From: a virus
Taxonomy: Duplodnaviria; Caudoviricetes
DNA length: 64,000 bases
IMG/VR virus record: IMGVR_UViG_3300037761_000327
Location: 9,660 to 73,659 of that record
Reading direction: 5' to 3' (one strand)
The translations under genes and the position numbers were made by a program. Below the pieces are notes generated by a model that saw only the letters and a list, made by a program, of their open reading frames with translations, did no database searches and was not told the DNA's origin. This document shows, piece after piece, positions 50,593-58,763 of the stretch (its first letter is position 1; each line of letters starts with the position of its first letter).

Positions 50593-50612
50593 TTGATAGT
50601 GTTTTGTTTAGG

Positions 50613-50672
50613 CTATATAATCAACAGCACGTAAGGATAGTTGCCGTTGCCGTAGCCGTTGGGTAATTCCAT
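50613..50672 (-). CDS. Gly-X repeat peptide 7 (19 aa, MELPNGYGNGNYPYVLLII; not in ORF track)
   Basis: Same start, end and spacer as the other six units; only 2 XG pairs. Confidence 0.7.
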   Translation of the reverse strand: MELPNGYGNGNYPYVLLII

Positions 50673-50687
50673 AGTGTTTTGTTTAGG

Positions 50688-50933
50688 TTATATAATCAAC
50701 AGCACGTAAGGATAATTGCCGTAGCCGTAGCCGTCGCCGTAGCCGTAGCCGTAGCCGTCGCCGTTGCCGTTGCCGTAGCCGTAGCCGTTGCCGTTGCCGT
50801 AGCCGTAGCCGTAGCCGTTGCCGTAGCCGTAGCCGTAGCCGTCGCCGTAGCCGTTGCCGTAGCCGTAGCCGTCGCCGTCGCCGTTGCCGTCGCCGTAGCC
50901 GTAGCCGTCGCCGTCGCCGTTGGGTAATTCCAT
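50688..50933 (-). CDS. Gly-X repeat peptide 6 (81 aa)
   Basis: MELPNG(XG)33NYPYVLLII. Confidence 0.8.
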   Translation of the reverse strand: MELPNGDGDGYGYGDGNGDGDGYGYGNGYGDGYGYGYGNGYGYGYGNGNGYGYGNGNGDGYGYGYGDGYGYGNYPYVLLII

Positions 50934-50948
50934 AGTGTTTTGTTTAGG

Positions 50949-51236
50949 TTATATAATCAACAGCACGTAAGGATAATTGCCGTAGCCGTAGCCGTCGCCG
51001 TCGCCGTAGCCGTTGCCGTTGCCGTAGCCGTTGCCGTTGCCGTTGCCGTAGCCGTAGCCGTAGCCGTCTCCGTAGCCGTCGCCGTAGCCGTAGCCGTAGC
51101 CGTAGCCGTCGCCGTAGCCGTTGCCGTTGCCGTAGCCGTAGCCGTTGCCGTAGCCGTAGCCGTAGCCGTTGCCGTAGCCGTAGCCGTAGCCGTTGCCGTA
51201 GCCGTAGCCGTAGCCGTCGCCGTTGGGTAATTCCAT
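50949..51236 (-). CDS. Gly-X repeat peptide 5 (95 aa)
   Basis: MELPNG(XG)40NYPYVLLII. Confidence 0.8.
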   Translation of the reverse strand: MELPNGDGYGYGYGNGYGYGYGNGYGYGYGNGYGYGNGNGYGDGYGYGYGYGDGYGDGYGYGYGNGNGNGYGNGNGYGDGDGYGYGNYPYVLLII

Positions 51237-51251
51237 AGTGTTTTGTTTAGG

Positions 51252-51467
51252 TTATATAATCAACAGCACGTAAGGATAGTTGCCGTAGCCGTCGCCGTCG
51301 CCGTCGCCGTCGCCGTAGCCGTTGCCGTTGCCGTTGCCGTAGCCGTAGCCGTCGCCGTAGCCGTTGCCGTTGCCGTCGCCGTCGCCGTCGCCGTTGCCGT
51401 TGCCGTAGCCGTTGCCGTAGCCGTAGCCGTAGCCGTAGCCGTAGCCGTCGCCGTTGGGTAATTCCAT
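51252..51467 (-). CDS. Gly-X repeat peptide 4 (71 aa)
   Basis: MELPNG(XG)28NYPYVLLII. Confidence 0.8.
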   Translation of the reverse strand: MELPNGDGYGYGYGYGYGNGYGNGNGDGDGDGNGNGYGDGYGYGNGNGNGYGDGDGDGDGYGNYPYVLLII

Positions 51468-51482
51468 AGTGTTTTGTTTAGG

Positions 51483-51746
51483 TTATATAATCAACAGCAC
51501 GTAAGGATAGTTGCCGTTGCCGTCGCCGTAGCCGTTGCCGTAGCCGTTGCCGTAGCCGTCGCCGTAGCCGTTGCCGTAGCCGTTGCCGTAGCCGTAGCCG
51601 TTGCCGTAGCCGTAGCCGTCGCCGTAGCCGTCGCCGTTGCCGTAGCCGTTGCCGTAGCCGTTGCCGTTGCCGTTGCCGTAGCCGTAGCCGTAGCCGTTGC
51701 CGTAGCCGTCGCCGTTGCCGTAGCCGTAGCCGTTGGGTAATTCCAT
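51483..51746 (-). CDS. Gly-X repeat peptide 3 (87 aa)
   Basis: MELPNG(XG)36NYPYVLLII. Confidence 0.8.
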   Translation of the reverse strand: MELPNGYGYGNGDGYGNGYGYGYGNGNGNGYGNGYGNGDGYGDGYGYGNGYGYGNGYGNGYGDGYGNGYGNGYGDGNGNYPYVLLII

Positions 51747-51761
51747 AGTGTTTTGTTTAGG

Positions 51762-51971
51762 CTATATAATCAACAGCACGTAAGGATAATTGCCGTAGCC
51801 GTCGCCGTCGCCGTAGCCGTTGCCGTTGCCGTAGCCGTAGCCGTAGCCGTAGCCGTCGCCGTAGCCGTCGCCGTAGCCGTAGCCGTCGCCGTCGCCGTAG
51901 CCGTTGCCGTAGCCGTAGCCGTCGCCGTTGCCGTAGCCGTAGCCGTTGCCGTAGCCGTTGGGTAATTCCAT
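51762..51971 (-). CDS. Gly-X repeat peptide 2 (69 aa)
   Basis: MELPNG(XG)27NYPYVLLII, TAG stop. Confidence 0.8.
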   Translation of the reverse strand: MELPNGYGNGYGYGNGDGYGYGNGYGDGDGYGYGDGYGDGYGYGYGYGNGNGYGDGDGYGNYPYVLLII

Positions 51972-51986
51972 AGTGTTTTGTTTAGG

Positions 51987-52232
51987 TTATATAATCAACA
52001 GCACGTAAGGATAGTTGCCGTAGCCGTCGCCGTCGCCGTCGCCGTTGCCGTTGCCGTCGCCGTCGCCGTAGCCGTAGCCGTAGCCGTCGCCGTAGCCGTA
52101 GCCGCCGCCGTCGCCGTCGCCGTAGCCGTAGCCGTAGCCGTAGCCGTCGCCGTAGCCGTCGCCGTAGCCGTAGCCGTCGCCGTCGCCGTAGCCGTAGCCG
52201 TCGCCGTTGCCGTTGCCGTTGGGTAATTCCAT
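51987..52232 (-). CDS. Gly-X repeat peptide 1 (81 aa)
   Basis: MELPNG(XG)33NYPYVLLII; starts 15 nt after the VWA gene stop. Confidence 0.8.
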   Translation of the reverse strand: MELPNGNGNGDGYGYGDGDGYGYGDGYGDGYGYGYGYGDGDGGGYGYGDGYGYGYGDGDGNGNGDGDGDGYGNYPYVLLII

Positions 52233-52247
52233 AGTGTTTTGTTTAGG

Positions 52248-53306
52248 TTATATAATCAACTCCTTCACACCGAGGACTTTTGCCACTTGTGTCCTTACCC
52301 CTATCCCCATTACCAATATATTAGAAATATTTTTTGGCAGCGTTTCGATGTCACAACTATCGTCGTCGGTTATTATGACCGATAGTTGTGACATATCTTT
52401 TATTATGTTATCAATAACCACTTTATAATTCGTACCACCACCGCCTTTAATCGGGTCTTTTTGCAACAGAACATCGTTGAAGTACAAAACATCCTTATTT
52501 ATACCCCCTCTATACTTCAATACTACCTTATTTAGTGTATCATTGGCAGACCTTGTCTTGGTTTCGTCAAAACTCCCCGACCTGTCTACGTAGATGGTCA
52601 AGGTCGGTGCTTTCCTTTTAGACGAAACTCCTTTCCTCAAAAGCTCGTCATTATGGCCCCTTCTATTGGGTCTTTTATAAGATTTTTCCCTACGTACCTT
52701 AAACCTGCCTAAATACCTGTCTATTTCACTTGCTAGACTAGGCTTTATATCCACTTTTGATACATCCTCTTGTAGTGAGGTCAGCCTTGAAGCATCGATT
52801 ATTTCATTAATTTCCGAAACAGCCTTTTCAATTAATGAATCAACACTGGTTAGTTTATCTAGAAGCTCTTCGAGTTCTTCGGGCCCAAGTGGTCGGATTT
52901 CCGTATTACCGTCTACATCAGTAGAATTGAGTTGATTTTCATCGGATTTTAGGAGCTCAGAATAAAAATCTTCCGCATATACACAATTAGGGTATTTATC
53001 GCAATCCTTTGTGATAATGCCCCCTTTCAAAGGCGACCTTGGTTCGGCTATATTATTGTTATCCTTATCGGAGTAAATATATAATGCTATTTCAAGGTCG
53101 CAGGCAATGTTCCATTTTTTATGGTCCAGCCCTAATATCCTTTGACCCCTTTGATAGTGTTGCAACCAGATGTGGGATTTTTCGTGGCTACGCAAGGTCT
53201 GTAGGTACTTCCCTCTTACAGACGTGCTGGTATATATTTTAATATAGTCAGTGTATCCTATGCTTGGAGAAGTCCCACTAAACCTTACCTCCTCTATGCT
53301 ATCCAT
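52248..53306 (-). CDS. HExxH metallopeptidase-like plus VWA domain protein (DUF2201-like)
   Basis: HEKSH..LQH..R, WNIACDLEI, SYKRPNRR, MIDAS DRSGS, GGGGTNY, IITD. Confidence 0.85.
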   Translation of the reverse strand: MDSIEEVRFSGTSPSIGYTDYIKIYTSTSVRGKYLQTLRSHEKSHIWLQHYQRGQRILGLDHKKWNIACDLEIALYIYSDKDNNNIAEPRSPLKGGIITKDCDKYPNCVYAEDFYSELLKSDENQLNSTDVDGNTEIRPLGPEELEELLDKLTSVDSLIEKAVSEINEIIDASRLTSLQEDVSKVDIKPSLASEIDRYLGRFKVRREKSYKRPNRRGHNDELLRKGVSSKRKAPTLTIYVDRSGSFDETKTRSANDTLNKVVLKYRGGINKDVLYFNDVLLQKDPIKGGGGTNYKVVIDNIIKDMSQLSVIITDDDSCDIETLPKNISNILVMGIGVRTQVAKVLGVKELII

Positions 53307-53580
53307 TTAAAGTGGTGCCTTTGAACTCATAAAGGTTCTTCGAAGGAAGGATTGCATACACGGCTGATAGTGGAAATGTTAGGGTTTCGTCCTTGTCGAA
53401 CTGGTCAAGGTGGACAGTCGCCCCGTCTCTATTAGAAGCAACCCCGGGCAACCCTTTACCACCACCGAACTTTCTGAACATTGATGCATTTGTAAGGGAA
53501 ACGAAACCTTCGGGGGCATTTATCTCCTCTCCAAAGAAATAAAACCCACCTGCAATAGTAAAAATCTTAAAATTTTTCAT
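53299..53580 (-). CDS. Small beta-rich hypothetical protein
   Basis: GFYFFG...LTNASMFRKFGGGKGLPGVA; overlaps the VWA gene start. Confidence 0.7.
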   Translation of the reverse strand: MKNFKIFTIAGGFYFFGEEINAPEGFVSLTNASMFRKFGGGKGLPGVASNRDGATVHLDQFDKDETLTFPLSAVYAILPSKNLYEFKGTTLNG

Positions 53581-53638
53581 TTTTGTTTAATTTAAAAGTT
53601 AATATTTGTTTTTGTTATATTTAGTTTAGGTCAGACAA

Positions 53639-54418
53639 TCAATCGAACCTCAACGGTTTTTGTAGGGCCCTTCCGCCTACGCTTCTAGATATTGCCTGTA
53701 TATCAGCTCCACCCTCCCCTTTGTTAGCGTTCGACTTAAACAGGCTTATCATCCCGCTTGCTGCATTGGTCGTCAACAACCCTTTTATTATCTCCTTTTT
53801 TTCATCGGTCTTCAAAGCCTTGTCCAGTGAAGCGGAGATTGCCATTTCCAAACTCCGTGGACTTGTTGTTCGAAGTTCAAAATCCTCACCAATACGTTCC
53901 AACAAGGGGATTTCCCTATTTTTTATCCTGTCAACAAAGCTTTGGATAAAATCATTGTCGAGGTGTCCGTACTTGTTTGTGATGAAACTTATAAAACCAA
54001 CAACGTCAGGAACAGCGTTTATTATCGTAAACCTGTTCATCATAGGTATCGAAACTCCGTCTCCGCCACCCCACTCAGGAGGATTGGCACAAGCAATTAC
54101 ATCTACGCTTTCGGGTATCCCGAACAGTTCCTGATTGGTTACCAGTGTTAACAAAGTGTCGGAAACTTCCCTTCTTGCTTTGTCCATTTCGTCGAGTAAA
54201 AGGCACACTTTTTGGTTTTTCAGGGAAGCTTGTTGCAACCTTGCCACAAACGGCGGGATTGCCCTCTTTTCGAAGTCGCCTTCCCTATAGGGGATTCCGG
54301 ATATATCCTCCTCGGTCATACTGGATAATAGTAATACTTCAACGTAGTCGTATTGCTGTTTTATCTTCTGGGTCTTGCCAATTCCAGTGGCGCCCACGTA
54401 CAGTTTTGGTATTTTCAT
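53639..54418 (-). CDS. MoxR/dynein-related AAA+ ATPase
   Basis: Walker A GATGIGKT, D..GIP, Walker B LLLDE, sensor ANP, arginine finger NRF, SPRS. Confidence 0.9.
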   Translation of the reverse strand: MKIPKLYVGATGIGKTQKIKQQYDYVEVLLLSSMTEEDISGIPYREGDFEKRAIPPFVARLQQASLKNQKVCLLLDEMDKARREVSDTLLTLVTNQELFGIPESVDVIACANPPEWGGGDGVSIPMMNRFTIINAVPDVVGFISFITNKYGHLDNDFIQSFVDRIKNREIPLLERIGEDFELRTTSPRSLEMAISASLDKALKTDEKKEIIKGLLTTNAASGMISLFKSNANKGEGGADIQAISRSVGGRALQKPLRFD

Positions 54419-54439
54419 GATGGTATTGATATTTACGAT

Positions 54440-54475
54440 TAATGTTTATAAGTAATGTTTATAAGTAATGTTTAT
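54440..54475. repeat. 13-bp tandem repeat (TAATGTTTATAAG, about 2.8 copies)
   Basis: Intergenic, immediately upstream of the AAA gene. Confidence 0.75.
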
Positions 54476-54483
54476 TTATATCC

Positions 54484-54888
54484 TTACAGACCCAAATCCC
54501 CCATCATTATCCCGCCCCTCTCAAGGTCCATCCTCATCTCTTCGATAAAGGATTGGTGCTCTACCTGTGCGAGCCATTCTTCGTAGGAGGTGCCCCCTCT
54601 TTGAATATCTACGCTATATTCCCCATCTGCACCAGTCCCCTGCATTCCAGCCTGAAATGGTAGAGACGGATAGCCCCTTTTTGCGTACAGCCCTCCAAAA
54701 TCTGGATTTTCTGTATGCTCCTCTCCTCTATCGATAGCATCCTCCTCCGCCTGCGCTTTGGTCCTGTTACTGTTCTTTGTCCTTGTTCCATGTTTCGAGT
54801 TTTGATAGTGAATGTCTTCCCTTCTTGCCTTTGCCGCGAGCAATGCTGCGAAAGCGAATATTGCTGCTGCCATTAAGTAATTGTTCAT
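54484..54888 (-). CDS. Hypothetical protein with N-terminal hydrophobic segment
   Basis: MNNYLMAAAIFAFAALLAA. Confidence 0.6.
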   Translation of the reverse strand: MNNYLMAAAIFAFAALLAAKARREDIHYQNSKHGTRTKNSNRTKAQAEEDAIDRGEEHTENPDFGGLYAKRGYPSLPFQAGMQGTGADGEYSVDIQRGGTSYEEWLAQVEHQSFIEEMRMDLERGGIMMGDLGL

Positions 54889-54985
54889 ACCTTAGTTTTT
54901 AAATAGTTTCATTACCCTTCTTACCCTTGTACCGCTCTCGCAATCGGATATGTCCATACAGTCGAAGGCCAAGTCAAAATCCCGT

Positions 54986-55321
54986 TTAGGTATCTGCTCC
55001 GCCAACCTGTTCAGTTCCGTCATCCTGTTGTACCATTCCTGTGTTGTCATCCTTGATTATTTTAAATTGTCCTTTGTGGAGTGTCTGGGGGGTGGGGTAC
55101 CAAAACGGGAGACCCTTGCACAAAACTTTGCACCGCTCCCCACTTATTCTATACACGTCCACTCCACCGTAGCCGTTGCTTGTCCCCCTTATCTCCCCTA
55201 TCGAGCCGTCCTTTAAGCAGTGCCCTACGTGATGCCCCCTTCGCCTACTTTGGTCGTACGAAGGGCTGTTCGGATTCAGTTCGCCGATTATAATTACCTT
55301 TGTTCCTATTGGTATACTCAT
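54986..55321 (-). CDS. Hypothetical protein
   Basis: Related in style to the N-terminal half of the neighbouring ORF (HC, GYGG/GGYG, F/W.IIKD). Confidence 0.5.
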   Translation of the reverse strand: MSIPIGTKVIIIGELNPNSPSYDQSRRRGHHVGHCLKDGSIGEIRGTSNGYGGVDVYRISGERCKVLCKGLPFWYPTPQTLHKGQFKIIKDDNTGMVQQDDGTEQVGGADT

Positions 55322-55330
55322 GATTTCCCT

Positions 55331-55822
55331 CTATTTATGGTTATCCCTACAATTGTCCTCTATGTCATCAATTATACCCTTTGCACCTTCGGGGCCTGCG
55401 AACCAGTAAGTAATTTTTTCTTTGTTGGGCCCGTGGTAGGTGATGGTATTGTCGGTATTTATATCGTACTTACAACAACCGTTGTTCGATATTACCGAAA
55501 CCTCCACCCTGTCACGCTTTCCCGAAGCGCAGGAAGAGGAAAGAGCGAATATAAGGATTATGATAGTGAATACATTGAACAGGGACTTAATGGATTTCCA
55601 GAGTCCTTTTAAGAAACTGTGACTTTCGTCCTTTTCGTCCTTTATAATTTCCCATTCTGAGCCGTACCCTCCTATGTGTGCGCAGTGGTTTGGTATGCAG
55701 TAGTGCCCTTTCACATAAAAACCGGCAGATATTCCCGGCTTTGTTTCGTATACTTCGTCCCGGTCTACCCAAGTAGTTGACCTCAGGCCATCCTTACCTA
55801 TACTTTTTACCTTTACTTTCAT
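55331..55822 (-). CDS. Hypothetical membrane protein
   Basis: Internal hydrophobic segment ending LSSSC (lipobox-like). Confidence 0.55.
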   Translation of the reverse strand: MKVKVKSIGKDGLRSTTWVDRDEVYETKPGISAGFYVKGHYCIPNHCAHIGGYGSEWEIIKDEKDESHSFLKGLWKSIKSLFNVFTIIILIFALSSSCASGKRDRVEVSVISNNGCCKYDINTDNTITYHGPNKEKITYWFAGPEGAKGIIDDIEDNCRDNHK

Positions 55823-56007
55823 GATTTTTCTTTTTGATATCCGTACTCAGTTTCTTTTTTCTCTAGCAGCTCTATACAATCCAAGTGCAGGAGAGTTGCG
55901 TCCTTAAAACTAAGGTTGTCTAGGTTGTATCCCAGCCCCTTGGCCCATTCGCTGAACCTTATTATGTCTTCCATGGTTCAGTGTGTTTTGGATTTTATAT
56001 TTATTAG

Positions 56008-56083
56008 TAGCCCGTGGGAGAATCGAACTCGCCATTTTACGGTTGAAAACCGCACGTCCTTATATCCGTTAGACGAACGGGCC
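56008..56083 (-). tRNA. tRNA-Glu (TTC)
   Basis: GGCCCGT/ACGGGCT acceptor; TGCGG-TTTTCAA-CCGTA; TTCGATT loop. Confidence 0.85.
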
Positions 56084-56217
56084 ATTTACGCCATTGGATT
56101 AAAGCGTAATCAAATACTCGGTCGCTCCCATCAATAACAGGATTAATACAAACGCGACTCCCCAAAATGTTGATTTAGATACTTTCATGGTGTTAGGATT
56201 TAGTTGTTTTAATTCCG

Positions 56218-56280
56218 TGCCAAAGATGGGATTCGAACCCACAAGCCCGTATTATTTTAGGGCATACCGGTTTCATTGGC
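56218..56280 (-). ncRNA. tRNA-like element (acceptor, T arm, one hairpin; no D arm)
   Basis: GCCAATG/CTTTGGC, GTGGG-TTCGAAT-CCCAT, GCCC...GGGC. Confidence 0.5.
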
Positions 56281-56304
56281 GTTAAATCGCTGTGCTATTG
56301 GGGT

Positions 56305-56340
56305 AAATAAAAACCCCGCACGGTTTGGTTGTGCAGGGTT
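56305..56340 (-). terminator. Intrinsic terminator after ORF 56368-56751
   Basis: AACCCTGCAC-loop-GTGCGGGGTTTTTATTT on the minus strand. Confidence 0.7.
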
Positions 56341-56367
56341 ATTGTAATCAAATATTTAGGTGTGATG

Positions 56368-56751
56368 TTAGGCAGTTACCTTAACGCTTTCCTTCTTTGC
56401 GGTCACCTTTTTAGCGTCCTCCTTTGTGGAATTGGCCAAGTTTTTGTTCAAAGCTTGCAGCACATAAAAAGGGCTGTAATTTCCGGCCTTGGAGATACGG
56501 ACAATACCTTTAAAGGATTTGAACGCTTCATTATCCTTTTGTACAAAGCGCAATACTTTCACCCTTTGTGCATCCAAACCTATCTCATTGCTGAAATTCA
56601 AAAGCGTCTTGATACACCCGCCCAAAGACCTTGTTTCTACCTTCAGGGCCCTGTTAACGCCCAATACTTGGGTTGCGTAAATGCCTTGGCCTTTTTTCTC
56701 CCCAGTCTTAACGACCGCTTTTACTTTTTTTGTGTCGATAATAGTTTCCAT
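56368..56751 (-). CDS. Basic early protein
   Basis: 127 aa, Lys-rich; first clear gene of the leftward arm. Confidence 0.65.
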   Translation of the reverse strand: METIIDTKKVKAVVKTGEKKGQGIYATQVLGVNRALKVETRSLGGCIKTLLNFSNEIGLDAQRVKVLRFVQKDNEAFKSFKGIVRISKAGNYSPFYVLQALNKNLANSTKEDAKKVTAKKESVKVTA

Positions 56752-57770
56752 AATATTAAGTATTAATTTGTTTGTTACGGCAATATTGCCATTGTTTTAG
56801 TTTAAAAATTGTGTTGGTGCCATGCGGGATATTCACTACGCCCGCATAGCCAGTATAATAAGTATTAAAGGCGCTTTACATTTCAATGGTGTTAAATGTG
56901 CCTGAACCTTAAAGAGGTACACCATCATTTCAATGTATGTTTTTTGTTTATTATAAAAATCCCCATAGTTACAATTATATTTATCTAGTTTTTGGACTGT
57001 TTACCCTTTACATACTTTGGGCGCCAAATTGTCGGATTTTTACGGGCATGCTCTACAATAGTAGTTAACTCATGCCCCGTTACGGCAATTATCAGTAGTG
57101 TTTAAGGGGTGTAAATCCCTCTACCCATAACGGAATTTTTACGCCATTTTGCGGTGGCGTGACCAGTGGGCCGTATAACAACGGACGTTGGTTCTTTTAA
57201 TTGCTTTCAAACGCTTGTAATGGATGTGGCACGGGTGGGAGAATGTTTAAAGGCACAATGTAATGTACCACTTACTCTTAATGCTTTCCAGTTACCATAT
57301 ACAAACTATGTCATGTAATCTTGCTTTGCCAAGCGTTGGGACGGTCAAGGGCTTGCCCTACTTTGCCACTAATTGTCCATACGGTGAATGTTTATTACTT
57401 GTTGACCCAAATATTTGTGCTCTTACAAAAGATTGGCCCAAATTATCAACTTAAAGGGGGGAACGAATTTAAAAGACTCTGACCCCCTTCCCTGCGGAAT
57501 TACAGGACAATTAAAGGTTTTAACGCCTTCCATACCTATGGAGTTTATAACGCTTGTTTGCGCTTGGTAAGATTACAGTACTTCAAAGAACTTGTGTTGA
57601 TTCGTCCAACACTTGCGATTTTGCTCGGTGTTATGCAGCCCCTAGCGGTTACTTGTACATGACCTACTTTATTCGGGTTGCACTTTCACGTTATGCTAGC
57701 TATACACATACGCCTGTTTTTATAATATCGCTTGTAAAGAACGTTTTGCCGTTTCCGACTTTCAACACCC

Positions 57771-57778
57771 CAAACATA
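57771..57778 (-). promoter_or_regulatory. -7 promoter element TATGTTTG for the leftward early arm
   Basis: CAAACATA on the plus strand with T-rich upstream region. Confidence 0.5.
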
Positions 57779-58471
57779 CGGCAACTTTCCCGAAAAACAA
57801 TAAAAAAATCGATGAAATGCAGGAAAATCCGATGAAATGTAGTCAAAGGGCGACTTAAGGATGCATGATGCGGGAGCGGGCGGGCGTGTAGATATATACC
57901 CGCACGTGGGCAGGATAATTACGTGTGTGCGTATGCGGGAATATAGCCACGATAGGGGCAGGTCATGGCGTTGGGAGGGCATGCCGTTGGTAGATTGTGC
58001 CGGGGTGGGTCAAGGCCATCATAGACAGAATCTATAGCAGCAATAACTGCCCATAGACAAAACACATAGAAGGGCAATTTCCTACCCTAATAAAGTTAGT
58101 TAAATACCTGTTTAACACACTTTACTTATACATAAACAAGCTATAAAAAACTGGCACAAGGATACACAAGGTATTCGTATAAGCTATTGGAACACAGATG
58201 GTTAGGCCATAAAAAAGCTAAAACTTTTGACAGAAAAATCTCAAACAGGACCCCCGCCCCCTCGCAGAAATTCGATTTCCTTTTCGGCCGCGAGCCCTTA
58301 AAATATACTATGACTTAAAGCGGTTTAAGCGAAATATCTCTGTGAATTTTTGAAAAATCATGCAAGTTTTAACATTCTTTAACAATGACGGATTTTATAC
58401 CGAATTTTTGGCCTAAAAATAGACCCAAAAACAGTTCTATTTTAATCTTTTTAAAAATAATTTGATATGAG

Positions 58472-58507
58472 TTTGGTTTGTATTATAATTTTACTTATAT
58501 TTGTACC
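58472..58507 (+). promoter_or_regulatory. Promoter of tRNA cluster 1 (36-bp exact repeat of 61681-61716)
   Basis: TTTGGTTTGTATTATAATTTTACTTATATTTGTACC contains -33 TTTG and -7 TATATTTG. Confidence 0.85.
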
Positions 58508-58533
58508 TGAACGATTAAAAAGAAACATTTTCA

Positions 58534-58614
58534 ATGTACTCAACAGCCATCATAGCGACAGTAATCAGAACCGGAGGTAAGGATAAACCCTCGGGGAGGA
58601 TTTTTATGCTGTAA
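58534..58614 (+). CDS. Putative leader peptide 1 (MYSTAIIATVIRTGGKDKPSGRIFML)
   Basis: 26-codon ORF between promoter and terminator. Confidence 0.7.
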   Translation: MYSTAIIATVIRTGGKDKPSGRIFML

Positions 58615-58640
58615 TGTCGATAGTACATTAAATTACACAT

Positions 58641-58672
58641 AAACCTTCTCCCTAAAAAGAGAGGGTTTTTTA
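58641..58672 (+). terminator. Attenuator terminator 1
   Basis: AAACCTTCTC-loop-GAGAGGGTTT followed by T run. Confidence 0.8.
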
Positions 58673-58674
58673 TT

Positions 58675-58705
58675 GGCCTGTTAGTTTAGCTGACGAAAAC
58701 TTGCC
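58675..58705 (+). pseudogene. 5' tRNA remnant (acceptor 5' strand and D arm)
   Basis: GGCCTGT-TA-GTTT-AGCTGACGA-AAAC directly after the terminator; no T arm follows. Confidence 0.35.
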
Positions 58706-58763
58706 TAATAATAAGCCTTCCAACTAATAATCGCTATTATAAGCAGATTTAAGAGTACAATAT

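Larger units (their letters stand above)
50596..52260. repeat. Tandem array: 8 copies of a 30-bp junction separated by 7 units with (GCCGTH)n cores
   Basis: ATAGTGTTTTGTTTAGGYTATATAATCAAC from 50596 to 52260; cores built from GCCGTA/GCCGTT/GCCGTC. Confidence 0.97.

Noticed and set aside
50679-52226. Plus-strand (VA)n ORFs
   Set aside because: Antisense shadows of the Gly-X genes: TTG starts, opposite to the operon, and the TAA/TAG and AAC/AAT variation fits the minus strand.
50688-52232. Diversity-generating retroelement
   Set aside because: No reverse transcriptase or template/variable repeat pair in the window; the second A of AAC never varies, CAC is absent and unit lengths differ.
50596-52260. 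CRISPR array
   Set aside because: Intervening segments are variable-length low-complexity hexamer runs in frame with start and stop codons inside the repeat; no cas operon is present.
56218-56280. tmRNA
   Set aside because: Acceptor and T arm are only about 30 nt apart, with no tag ORF and no G3-U70 pair.
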